This document shows, one piece after another, positions 14,231 through 22,316 of a stretch of DNA of 30,759 nt. The stretch covers positions 1 through 30,759 of the forward strand of contig JAITSG010000019.1 of the NCBI GenBank assembly GCA_031288035.1, given 5' to 3'. The notes under the pieces are model-generated. The model was not told the DNA's origin. It saw nothing but the letters and a program-made list of their open reading frames with translations, and did no database searches. This DNA comes from Rickettsiales bacterium. GTDB taxonomy: Bacteria > Pseudomonadota > Alphaproteobacteria > Rs-D84 > CACZYB01. The position numbers and the translations under genes are program-made. The stretch's first letter is position 1; every line of letters begins with the position of its first letter.

Positions 14231-15625
14231 ATGGACATGTTTGCCGTATATGAGAAATACAAGCGCGCATTCGAGGAGCGGAGCCGGTTCGAGCCGGTAT
14301 GGGACGACTGCAGGAGGTATTCCCAGCCGGGCGCGGCCGATGAGTGCGTGTTCGATTCTACCGCCGCGAATGCGGTGGACAACCTGGCCTCGAGCCTGCT
14401 GGCCCAGCTTACTCCGCCGTGGTCGCGCTGGTTCGGGCTCAGTTCCGGCTCTCCGGAGGCCGCGGGCGCGGTAGCGGAGGCCGAGCGCGTGCTCCAGAGC
14501 CACATGGAGCGCAGCAATTTTTATGTCGAGGCGCACCAGTGCTATCTCGACCTGGTGACGTTCGGCACGGCGGTCATGCTGTTCGAGGAGGCTCCGGTCG
14601 GCTGGCCGAGCGCGTTCAAGTTCTCGGCCGTTCCGTTCGAGGAGGTCGCGCTCGGCTCGCAAGACGAGGTATTCCGCCGCACTGTTTTGTCCCGCGATAT
14701 TATGCGCGCGAAGTTTCCGTCGCTCCCGCTGCCCGAGGGCAAGGATTCGTTCACGGTGGTCGAATCCTCGGCTCCGCGCATGACGGCGAGCGGCCCGCAG
14801 GGGTTCGGCTATATGGTTTTCGCCGACGTGGACGGATCGCCGCTCTTGATATCCGAGGGCGTGTTCGGCATGTCGCCGTTCATAGTCTTCCGCTGGATGA
14901 AGATGCCCTCCGAGGTCTACGGCCGCAGCCCGATGATGAAGGCGCTTCCCGACGTCAAGACCGCGAACAAGGTTGTCGAGCTTGTCCTCAAGAACGCGTC
15001 CATGTCCGTCTCCGGCGTGTGGATGGCCGACGACGACGGCGTGATGAACCTGGACAACATAACGCTTTCCCCCGGAACGATAATACCAAAGGCCGTGGGA
15101 TCCAGCGGCCTCACGCCGCTCAGGACCGGCGCGGATTTCAACGTAAGCCAGCTCGTGCTTTCCGAGCTTCGGTCGAACATAGAGCGCTGCCTCCTGGCCG
15201 ACCGGCTGTCGGATTTTAGGGGGGCGCGCATGACCGCGACCGAGGTTGTGGAGCGCAGCGAGTCCGTCTCTCGGGTGCTCGGCGCGACGTACGGGCGGCT
15301 GCAGAGCGAGTTCCTGACCATGGTCATCCTGCGCGCGGTGGGCATACTGAAGCGCCGGGGCGAGATAGGCCCTCTGTTCGTCAACGGTCGCGAGGTGGAT
15401 TTGAAATACCAATCGCCTCTGGCCGGCGCCCAGGCCGTGCGCGACGCCGAGAACGTCCTCGGCTGGATAAGGGCCATGGGCGACCTCGGCGGCGGCGCGC
15501 TGGAGCGCGTGGACAGGGACGCCGTTGCGAAATACCTGTCGCGCGTATTCGGGATAAGCGGCGACTTCACGGCCGATGCCGCTTCTCCCGGCGCGGGGAG
15601 CCCGTCAACGGGCCCGGAGGACTAG
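14231..15625 (+). CDS. Head-tail connector / portal protein (T7 gp8-like)
   Basis: FDSTA..AV.NLAS.L...LTPP...WF.L; DL.TFGTA; RW...PSEVYGRSP; TATEV.ER; GRLQ.EF; start at the ATG after GAAAGGAG. Confidence 0.92.
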   Translation: MDMFAVYEKYKRAFEERSRFEPVWDDCRRYSQPGAADECVFDSTAANAVDNLASSLLAQLTPPWSRWFGLSSGSPEAAGAVAEAERVLQSHMERSNFYVEAHQCYLDLVTFGTAVMLFEEAPVGWPSAFKFSAVPFEEVALGSQDEVFRRTVLSRDIMRAKFPSLPLPEGKDSFTVVESSAPRMTASGPQGFGYMVFADVDGSPLLISEGVFGMSPFIVFRWMKMPSEVYGRSPMMKALPDVKTANKVVELVLKNASMSVSGVWMADDDGVMNLDNITLSPGTIIPKAVGSSGLTPLRTGADFNVSQLVLSELRSNIERCLLADRLSDFRGARMTATEVVERSESVSRVLGATYGRLQSEFLTMVILRAVGILKRRGEIGPLFVNGREVDLKYQSPLAGAQAVRDAENVLGWIRAMGDLGGGALERVDRDAVAKYLSRVFGISGDFTADAASPGAGSPSTGPED

Positions 15626-15627
15626 CC

Positions 15628-16458
15628 ATGGAAGACCGGGATGATCCGCCGTTTTTGGAGGGGTTCGACCTGCTGAAGATTCCGGTGGTCGAGGACGGCC
15701 GGCCCGTGTGGCCGGAAAAGTTCCCGCTTGATAAGATAGAGCGGGTGCGCAGGTCTGCCGGCCCGCGGAAGTTCATGAGCCAGATGATGCTCGCCGTTCC
15801 GGACGGGGACGGCGGCCGGCTGTCCCCGGAAAGCCTGAAATTCTATTCGGCCGAGATAGAGGCGAGCGAGCGCAACCATGTCGTTTCGCATTCCGTCGCG
15901 GGCAGGCCGCTGGCCGGATATTCGTGCTGGTGGGATCCGTCGTTCGGATCGGCCAAGGGCGACGCGAGCGTCGTTGCCTATGTCCTTGTGGGCTGCGGAG
16001 GCGAGCGGTACCTGCACGACGTCGAGTATATCGCGGTGGACGATTCCGCGCGCTCGGCCGAGATACAGTGCGCCCGCATAGCCGGGTTCCTCGCCCGCCA
16101 TTCGATACGGACTATCCGGGTCGAGGACAACGGGCTCGGCAAGTTTCTGCCGGAGATACTGCGCGCCCGCACCGGCGCGGCGGTGATAGCGGAGCGTTCC
16201 AAGGCGCCGAAGGAGAAGAGGATACTCGATTCGTTGGAGGTCGCGGCGTCGGCCGGGCTGCTCTATGTTCACGAAAGGGTGAGGTCTGCGCGCTGGATGG
16301 ACGAATTTATGGGCTGGACGCCGGGCGGAGGTTCGCCGGACGACGGACTTGACGCCGCGGCCGGCGCCATGTCCGCCCCGTTCGCCAAGTTCCCGTTCGC
16401 GCTGGTCCGGCGCCGTTTCCCGCCGCGAGGCAAGACATACAAGGTAAGATGGAGGTGA
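15628..16458 (+). CDS. Terminase large subunit, C-terminal RNase H-like nuclease half
   Basis: Begins with the inter-domain region (PFLEGF..L.IP...G..VWPE.F...GPRKF.SQM), then WWDPSFG..KGDAS, VEDNG and PDDGLDA; GGAGG RBS 7 nt upstream. Confidence 0.85.
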   Translation: MEDRDDPPFLEGFDLLKIPVVEDGRPVWPEKFPLDKIERVRRSAGPRKFMSQMMLAVPDGDGGRLSPESLKFYSAEIEASERNHVVSHSVAGRPLAGYSCWWDPSFGSAKGDASVVAYVLVGCGGERYLHDVEYIAVDDSARSAEIQCARIAGFLARHSIRTIRVEDNGLGKFLPEILRARTGAAVIAERSKAPKEKRILDSLEVAASAGLLYVHERVRSARWMDEFMGWTPGGGSPDDGLDAAAGAMSAPFAKFPFALVRRRFPPRGKTYKVRWR

Positions 16459-16485
16459 AAAAAAGCTTTTGCATGGGTTATATAC

Positions 16486-16515
16486 TTGACAAAACATTTA
16501 TTTAGGCTATATTAT
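16486..16515 (+). promoter_or_regulatory. sigma70-like promoter
   Basis: TTGACA with TATATT at 16 nt or TATTAT at 18 nt spacing, upstream of the 16540 gene. Confidence 0.6.
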
Positions 16516-16539
16516 CCATATGAACAGAAAGGATATATT

Positions 16540-17382
16540 ATGTCCAAGAAATATCTGATTGTTTTTTGTGGATTATTTCTGATAATCGCCGGCGTTGCGA
16601 TTCGGTTTCTTACCCGCAATTCTGCAAAGCCGGATGTTGCCATAGTGCCGGCCGTTGTTCCCTCCGCGCCGGAAAAGGTAGCTGGCAAGGGCACTCAGAT
16701 ATCGGCCGTGACCGCGGACAAGGTCCTGTCCATAAAGGTTTCCGCGCCGAAATACAAGACGACTCTGGGCGTGCATTATGCGTACGAGGGCGAAGCCGCC
16801 GCGCCGAAGCCCCGGCCGAAGGCCAAGGACAAGCTGGACGGGACCAGGATCTCTTGCGCCGGCCTCGATTGCGGCAGGCCGCGCTCGCCCAAGGCCGAGG
16901 CCAGGCTGGAGGCGAACGTGCGCGCCAAGGCAAAGGCCAGGGATTCCGCCCGCGCCGCCCGCTCCGCTTCACTGAAGGCCGCGAAGAAATCCGCCACGCC
17001 CACGCCCTCGGCGACCCGCGCCTCGTCCGGCGTTTCCGTTTCCGTCGCGAAGGGCAAGGCCGCCTCCGCAGCCCGGCCCGTTCTTCCGTCGCAGATTTGC
17101 GGGAATTGCAAGTGGAAGAAGGGTTCGGTCGTCATAACCAAGAATACCGTCGGAGAGCTCAAGTGCAGCGGCGTCATCCTGGGCGACCTGTACATCGCGA
17201 ACATCGACGGGCTGAAGCTTCCCGAGAAGATGGTCGTCATGGGCAGCGTGTACGTGTACAATTCCGTCCGTCTGTCCTTCGGGCCGAAGTCCTATGTGCG
17301 CGGGAACATATTTGTCCGCGGCAGGAGTTCGATAAAGACGCTGTCCAAGGGGACGCTTCTCGGCGGGCAGATATTCGTATAG
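16540..17382 (+). CDS. Membrane-anchored protein with Pro/Ala/Lys linker and C-terminal beta-solenoid-like repeats
   Basis: N-terminal TM (YLIVFCGLFLIIAGVAI); repeats ILGDLYI, VMGSVYV, VRGNIFV, LGGQIFV; GAAAGGA RBS. Confidence 0.75.
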   Translation: MSKKYLIVFCGLFLIIAGVAIRFLTRNSAKPDVAIVPAVVPSAPEKVAGKGTQISAVTADKVLSIKVSAPKYKTTLGVHYAYEGEAAAPKPRPKAKDKLDGTRISCAGLDCGRPRSPKAEARLEANVRAKAKARDSARAARSASLKAAKKSATPTPSATRASSGVSVSVAKGKAASAARPVLPSQICGNCKWKKGSVVITKNTVGELKCSGVILGDLYIANIDGLKLPEKMVVMGSVYVYNSVRLSFGPKSYVRGNIFVRGRSSIKTLSKGTLLGGQIFV

Positions 17383-17392
17383 GGAGGTTGCC

Positions 17393-18058
17393 GTGAATAT
17401 AGTGAAGCTCTCTGGCATATCCGAAGGCGTGCAGTCCGCCGTATCCTATGGCAGGGTGATTTCCGCGGGGCGCGTCGACGTGTATCCGGACAGGAGCTTT
17501 TCCAGCTTTCCGTCGGCCATGCGTCCGTACGTCATACGCGAGGTGTACTCCGCCGTGTTCGACGCCCTGCCGCAGGAATCGTACGACAGCATAGGCGGGA
17601 TGTTTCTGCCCATGAACGCCATAGACGGCCGCGTCTCCAAGTGGACGTTGATTTACAAGATAAACAGTCTGGACAGGCGGCACGACGACGTGCTCATCGC
17701 CAAGGCCGAGCCGAGGCTGCCGCCGGGATTGCTGGACTGCTTCAATTCGAGGCACGACGTGGACTACGAGTACGCCAACCGCCGCATCGCGGGTCTGCTC
17801 CACAGGCTGTATCTGGAAAGGCGGAAATATTCCAGTATCAACGATCTTGTCGGGAAGAACGCCGGGAAGCACCCGTATATCAGGGCGCTGGTCAAGCGCG
17901 TGTACAAGGATCCCGAATTCATGGAAAGCGTGGAATGGATGCTGGACGCCATCCTGCCGGAAGGGTACGGAGGCCTGGATGCGAGCGGCAAGAAGTCCGT
18001 CGCCATGTTTGTCGTGCACGGCATCCGGCGTAGTCAGGAGCGCGTCAAGGATTCTTGA
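17393..18058 (+). CDS. Hypothetical protein
   Basis: 221-aa ORF with GGAGG RBS, GTG start and coding-like GC3 bias; no family recognised. Confidence 0.7.
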   Translation: MNIVKLSGISEGVQSAVSYGRVISAGRVDVYPDRSFSSFPSAMRPYVIREVYSAVFDALPQESYDSIGGMFLPMNAIDGRVSKWTLIYKINSLDRRHDDVLIAKAEPRLPPGLLDCFNSRHDVDYEYANRRIAGLLHRLYLERRKYSSINDLVGKNAGKHPYIRALVKRVYKDPEFMESVEWMLDAILPEGYGGLDASGKKSVAMFVVHGIRRSQERVKDS

Positions 18059-18671
18059 GGCGCCCGGCCGCCGCCGCGAAGTCCTTCTGCCTCGTTATGA
18101 AGCTTCCCGACACTATGCCCGTCGCCCCGGCCTGTTCGCACAGTTTCGCGGTGTCGTAGTTTATTCCGCCGTCCGCGTATATTTCGCCCGCGAAATTTTC
18201 CTTTGCCCGCGCTATCCTGTCCAGGGATTTTTCAAAGAACGGCTGGCCGCTTTTCCCGGTCGCCGCGGTCATGATCTGAATCTTGTCTGCTATTTTGAGA
18301 TAGGGTTTCAGTTTTTCTATCTTCGTCTCCAGCCGTATGGCGATCCCGGCTTTAAGCCCGAGCGACTTCGCTATCCTCATCGCGTCCATGGCCCCGTCCG
18401 ATTCTGCGTGTACTATTATCTCGTCCGCGCCGGCCTCGGCGAACCGCGCCGCTTGCGCGGCCGGGTCTATGGTCATGAGGTGGGCTTCGAACGTCTTTTT
18501 GCTGAGTTTTCTCAGGTCGGCGATTATCTTCGGCCCGTGGGTTATGTCCGGCGCGAAGATCCCGTCCATTATGTCGAAATGCACGGCGTCCGCGGTCGAC
18601 TCGTCTATTTTCCTGAGCGTCGCGCCTATGTCTAGCACGTCGGCCTGCCATATTCCGACCGAAAGCTTCAT
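18045..18671 (-). CDS. rpe: Ribulose-phosphate 3-epimerase
   Basis: HFDIMDG.F.P.IT.G, EAHLM, IVHAE, IQIMT...G..GQ.F, ADGGIN, IVSGS. True start at 18671 with an ATGA overlap; the longer 874-aa ORF is an artefact. Confidence 0.93.
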   Translation of the reverse strand: MKLSVGIWQADVLDIGATLRKIDESTADAVHFDIMDGIFAPDITHGPKIIADLRKLSKKTFEAHLMTIDPAAQAARFAEAGADEIIVHAESDGAMDAMRIAKSLGLKAGIAIRLETKIEKLKPYLKIADKIQIMTAATGKSGQPFFEKSLDRIARAKENFAGEIYADGGINYDTAKLCEQAGATGIVSGSFITRQKDFAAAAGRLKNP

Positions 18672-20428
18672 TTTTTCCTGAACACCCTCCTGAACGACGC
18701 GCGGTTCTGCCCGTCCTCCGCGTGTTCTTCCTCCCTGTTCTTTTCCGACGCGGTTATTATCCCGTCGTTTAGCAGGATTTCTATCCTGTCCGCGTGCCAA
18801 GGCGCGGTTTCCGACGCGATCGCTATCCTGTCTGCGGCGACGGAGGCTATTGCGTCCATGAATTTGTCGCGGCTTGTGGAGCTCAGTCCGGACAGGGGCT
18901 TGTCGAACAGCATTACGCGCGGATTTCCGACGAATGCGCGCGCCAGGCTCAAAAGCTTCAGGTTTTCCTCGCTCATAAGCCGGGTTTTGCTGTCTATTAT
19001 GGTGTTGTATCCGTTCGGCAGTGCGCGTATCGCGGATTCGAGGCCGAGCATGTCCGCCGCGTCGCGGTATCCTATGAATCCGGCGTATTTCTTCGCGTCC
19101 GCCGATTCCGAGGTGAGGCAGTTCAGGTTTTCCTTTATCGTGCCGTCTATTGCGAAGTATCCTTCCGGCACGTAGCGGATATAGTCCTTGATGCTTTTGG
19201 GCTGGAGCGTCGAGACGTCGTACCGGTCGAACAGTATCCGTCCGTCGTCCGCGCCGTATCCGCCCATTAGGGCGCGCAGCAGGAGCGAGCCCTCGAACGT
19301 GTTGTTCGCGCGTATCACGTATGGCCGCCCGTCCTTGAACGCGAACGTCTGGCGGTTGAGTATGACCTCGTCCTTTTCGCCCGTCACGGTGGCTTTTTCG
19401 AGTTTTATCTCGCCGTCGGTTATGTCCTCTATCCTTTCGGTCTTCGACTGCGTTTCCTGGTCGGCTATGGCCTGTCCCAGCCTTTCGATGGAGTTTATGA
19501 AGCGGAAGTATTCCGGCAGGAACCTCAGGAAGTTGCTCGTCAGGAAGAAGTTGTAGGAAAACAGGAGGACCGCGGCGATTGTCGATCCGACGCTCATGGC
19601 CCCGCGGCTTATGGAATACACCCCAACGACCGACAGTATCACCAGCCCGAGGAGGTATATCGCCTGCCCCAGCACCGAAAAGAGGTCTAGGCTGTAGCTC
19701 CGCTTGTACGTTGCCTCGACTATCGCGGCCTGGTAGTCCTCCCACATCTTTTGTATCTTTTCTGTGATGAGCATGGTTTTTATCTCGCCCATGTTGTAGA
19801 CGGTGTTGGAAACCAGCTCGTCGCGCTCCTTGGTGGCGAGCTTTTCCCTGTCGTCCATCATGGAGGCAGAGTGCATGGTGGCCAGTATGAAGGCCGCGTA
19901 TATGCACGTGAACACCAGGATTATGAAGAAATGCCGGCCGAACAGGACGCACAGCGTCGCCATGAAGAGGAGCGTGAACGGGGCGTCGAGGAAGTTCGAT
20001 ATGTGCCCGGTGGTCAGTCCGCCGCGTATGATGTCTATGTCCGTGAACACGCTGCGCCAGAAGCTTTCCATTTTCTTGTCGCGCACGGGGATCTTGAACA
20101 CGCGTTCTAGTATTCCGCCGGACACCTTGGCGTCGATTTTGTACAGCATCTGGCTTATTATGCCGGAGCGCGCGTACCGCACCACGAAGTTCAGGCCGAG
20201 GACGAGGGCTATCGCGGCCATGCCCCATGTGCTGAAGCTCCTGTCGCCGAAAGCTATCTTCCCGTCGAAGAAGAACATGAGGAATATCGGCACGCACGCG
20301 GTCAGGAGGTTTATAGCGAAGCTCAGCCCGAACAGGTGCATGAGCGCGCCCTTGAACGCCGATATGACCGACGCGCCGTATCCGCCGCGGTTGTAGTAGT
20401 ATTCGGGGATCGGGTTTGTCGGTTGCAT
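18668..20428 (-). CDS. Type I secretion-type ABC transporter (TMD plus NBD) with degenerate ATPase motifs
   Basis: TM domain of PrtD/HlyB type. NBD fold cues are kept (YVPE, GTIKENL, LP.GY.T, LSLARAF...P.VMLFD.P), but Walker A and the signature are eroded. Confidence 0.8.
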   Translation of the reverse strand: MQPTNPIPEYYYNRGGYGASVISAFKGALMHLFGLSFAINLLTACVPIFLMFFFDGKIAFGDRSFSTWGMAAIALVLGLNFVVRYARSGIISQMLYKIDAKVSGGILERVFKIPVRDKKMESFWRSVFTDIDIIRGGLTTGHISNFLDAPFTLLFMATLCVLFGRHFFIILVFTCIYAAFILATMHSASMMDDREKLATKERDELVSNTVYNMGEIKTMLITEKIQKMWEDYQAAIVEATYKRSYSLDLFSVLGQAIYLLGLVILSVVGVYSISRGAMSVGSTIAAVLLFSYNFFLTSNFLRFLPEYFRFINSIERLGQAIADQETQSKTERIEDITDGEIKLEKATVTGEKDEVILNRQTFAFKDGRPYVIRANNTFEGSLLLRALMGGYGADDGRILFDRYDVSTLQPKSIKDYIRYVPEGYFAIDGTIKENLNCLTSESADAKKYAGFIGYRDAADMLGLESAIRALPNGYNTIIDSKTRLMSEENLKLLSLARAFVGNPRVMLFDKPLSGLSSTSRDKFMDAIASVAADRIAIASETAPWHADRIEILLNDGIITASEKNREEEHAEDGQNRASFRRVFRKK

Positions 20429-20449
20429 TTTGGATTCCGGTGCTTTGGC

Positions 20450-21538
20450 CTATTTTACTCCGCTCCGGCGGACATAAGCAATGATTTTTTTGACTCCGGC
20501 GGCGGCTCTGGTCATATGCCTGGGCGCGGCCGTTTCCGCGCCCGTGCCCGTTCTTTTGGAATACAGCCTTACCGCGCCTTCCAGCTTTCTTTGCGCTTCC
20601 GGCCGTCCGCCGAGTATCTTCGCCCCTCCGCCGATAAGCGCCCCGCCTCCGGTTATGATTATGTCGCACAGCAGGCCTGCCAGGGCGCCGTCCTCCATCT
20701 GCTCGATTCTTTCCCGCATTTTATGGGCGATCGCGCTCATGGCCAGGTTGGATGCCTGCAGTATCTCGGACTTCGGGACTATCCTTTCGCCGCCGTCCGG
20801 CGTGGCCAGGGCTATCTGCGCGGAGAAGTCGAATCCCTGCGGCGCCCGCGCGCCGTATTTTAGCTTTAGGGCCTCCGCCTCCGCGGTTCCGATTCCAAGC
20901 TTCTGCGCGATGAAGTTCGTAACCGCGTCGCCGCCGAGCCCGGTACAGAATCCGCTTACGAATTTTCCCTTCGCGAACAGTCCCACGCGCATTCCGCCCG
21001 CCCCTATGTCCGCGATTGCGCCGTCCTTGATTGCCCGGCCCGCGCCCTCGGCGTACGCCGACGAGACTAGGCGCACGGGGTTCAGGTTGCATTTGCGTAT
21101 CAGGGCGTGGATGCGCTCCCTCTCGTCGCTTGGCATGGAGACTATGTGGACGAGCGCGGCGACGCCGCCGTCTATGTCGCCCGGATGCGCCGAGTATTTG
21201 AGCGGTATCACGTGCAGGAGGGATTCCGAGTCGAGCTCGCCTGTCGGGGCTTTTCTTATGGTCTTTATTATGTCCTCTTCCGTCACGGTGCGCGTGCGCC
21301 TGAAATCAGTCTGCGCCTTGGCCGCGCGCGACCTGACGTGCCCGGACACTATGACTATCGCATCTGAGAGCCTCTCGTCTATCTTCGATTCTATCTGGGC
21401 TATCGCGGCGTTCACGGCCGCCGCCTCGTTTCCGGCGTTCGGCGCCTCCGAGGCGGCGAGTATCCTTCCGCCGTGGGCCGCCGCCGCGCGCACGTGCGTC
21501 TGTCCTATGTCCAGGAAGGCGAGCGGGCCGCCGTTCAT
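20450..21538 (-). CDS. ftsA: Cell division protein FtsA (divergent, short)
   Basis: LDIG, HVIP..Y, DIGAG, GG..VT..IA..L.....EAE.LK.KYG, IIITGGG, amphipathic C-terminus; coupled to ftsQ. Confidence 0.8.
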   Translation of the reverse strand: MNGGPLAFLDIGQTHVRAAAAHGGRILAASEAPNAGNEAAAVNAAIAQIESKIDERLSDAIVIVSGHVRSRAAKAQTDFRRTRTVTEEDIIKTIRKAPTGELDSESLLHVIPLKYSAHPGDIDGGVAALVHIVSMPSDERERIHALIRKCNLNPVRLVSSAYAEGAGRAIKDGAIADIGAGGMRVGLFAKGKFVSGFCTGLGGDAVTNFIAQKLGIGTAEAEALKLKYGARAPQGFDFSAQIALATPDGGERIVPKSEILQASNLAMSAIAHKMRERIEQMEDGALAGLLCDIIITGGGALIGGGAKILGGRPEAQRKLEGAVRLYSKRTGTGAETAAPRHMTRAAAGVKKIIAYVRRSGVK

Positions 21539-22257
21539 TTCGGCTTCACCATTATCTTGTCGGGGATCCGGGCGTCTATGGCGGAGATTTTGCGCTTTAG
21601 TATGTCGCCCTTGCGGTCCAGCGCGGCTATCTCGTCGACCGATCTTTGCGCGTCCTCTGCGGACAGCATTATGACGAGCCCGTCGTCTGCGTCGTAGAGC
21701 GTTATGTTCCAGCGCGTCCCGGAGACGCGCTCCGCCGCGGCTAGGTTCGACAGGAGCGGCGGATACGAGGCGAGCGTCCTGAGGAGGGCGGGGGCTTTTT
21801 CCGGCGCGTCCTCGCCGTAGAGCATCGGGGGGAAGGCCTTGTCCGTTTCCTCGCGCACGGCCTCTCCGTTTTCGTCCACGGGAATATGCTCCCGTCCGTT
21901 GCTCCACGTGGCTATTATGTTTTTGGGCTCGACGTAGGCGGCTAGCCTGCGTGGGTATTCGCGCCGCACGGCGACGTTCTTCACCCATCCTGTTTTTTTT
22001 ATCCTGGCCGCTATGTCGCCTATGTTCGCGAGGGCGAGCTTGTTCGTGGTCATGGCGCCGGCCGCGGCCTCGCGTATGCTCTTGCCGAGCGCCTCTTCGT
22101 CCGTGCGCGCGCCGCCGACTATCTCGACTCTGGCGGAGGCGAAGTTGAATTCATCGCCCGTCATGGCGGTCCTGATAGCTATGGCCGTGGCGGCCAGGGC
22201 TCCGGTTCCCATGGCCGCGGCGGACCAGTTTCCTATTCTTTCCAGCCATCTCCTCAT
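21535..22257 (-). CDS. ftsQ: Cell division protein FtsQ/DivIB
   Basis: TM then POTRA (GWVKNVAVRREYP..L...VE), AAERVSGTRWNI, IDARIPDKIMV. Confidence 0.88.
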   Translation of the reverse strand: MRRWLERIGNWSAAAMGTGALAATAIAIRTAMTGDEFNFASARVEIVGGARTDEEALGKSIREAAAGAMTTNKLALANIGDIAARIKKTGWVKNVAVRREYPRRLAAYVEPKNIIATWSNGREHIPVDENGEAVREETDKAFPPMLYGEDAPEKAPALLRTLASYPPLLSNLAAAERVSGTRWNITLYDADDGLVIMLSAEDAQRSVDEIAALDRKGDILKRKISAIDARIPDKIMVKPK

Positions 22258-22316
22258 ATGGCCATGATACCATAAAAAGGCTTCCTTTTGAATAAGAATT
22301 ATCATAAAATCGCGGT

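Larger units (their letters stand above)
3346..16458 (+). mobile_element. Phage-derived T7-like podovirus head-tail module interleaved with non-phage genes (GTA candidate or domesticated prophage)
   Basis: Scaffold, capsid, tail tube A/B, fibre N-domain, portal and split TerL all on the + strand. No integrase, replication or lysis genes seen; GC is host-like. Confidence 0.7.

Noticed and set aside
3300-16500. att sites or integrase defining an excisable prophage
   Set aside because: No flanking direct repeat, tRNA or recombinase gene was seen by eye; a computational repeat search is still needed.
18672-20669. Apparent 666-aa N-terminal extension of rpe (874-aa ORF)
   Set aside because: It is an alternative frame over the ABC gene with Arg-rich nonsense composition; rpe starts at 18671 with an ATGA overlap.
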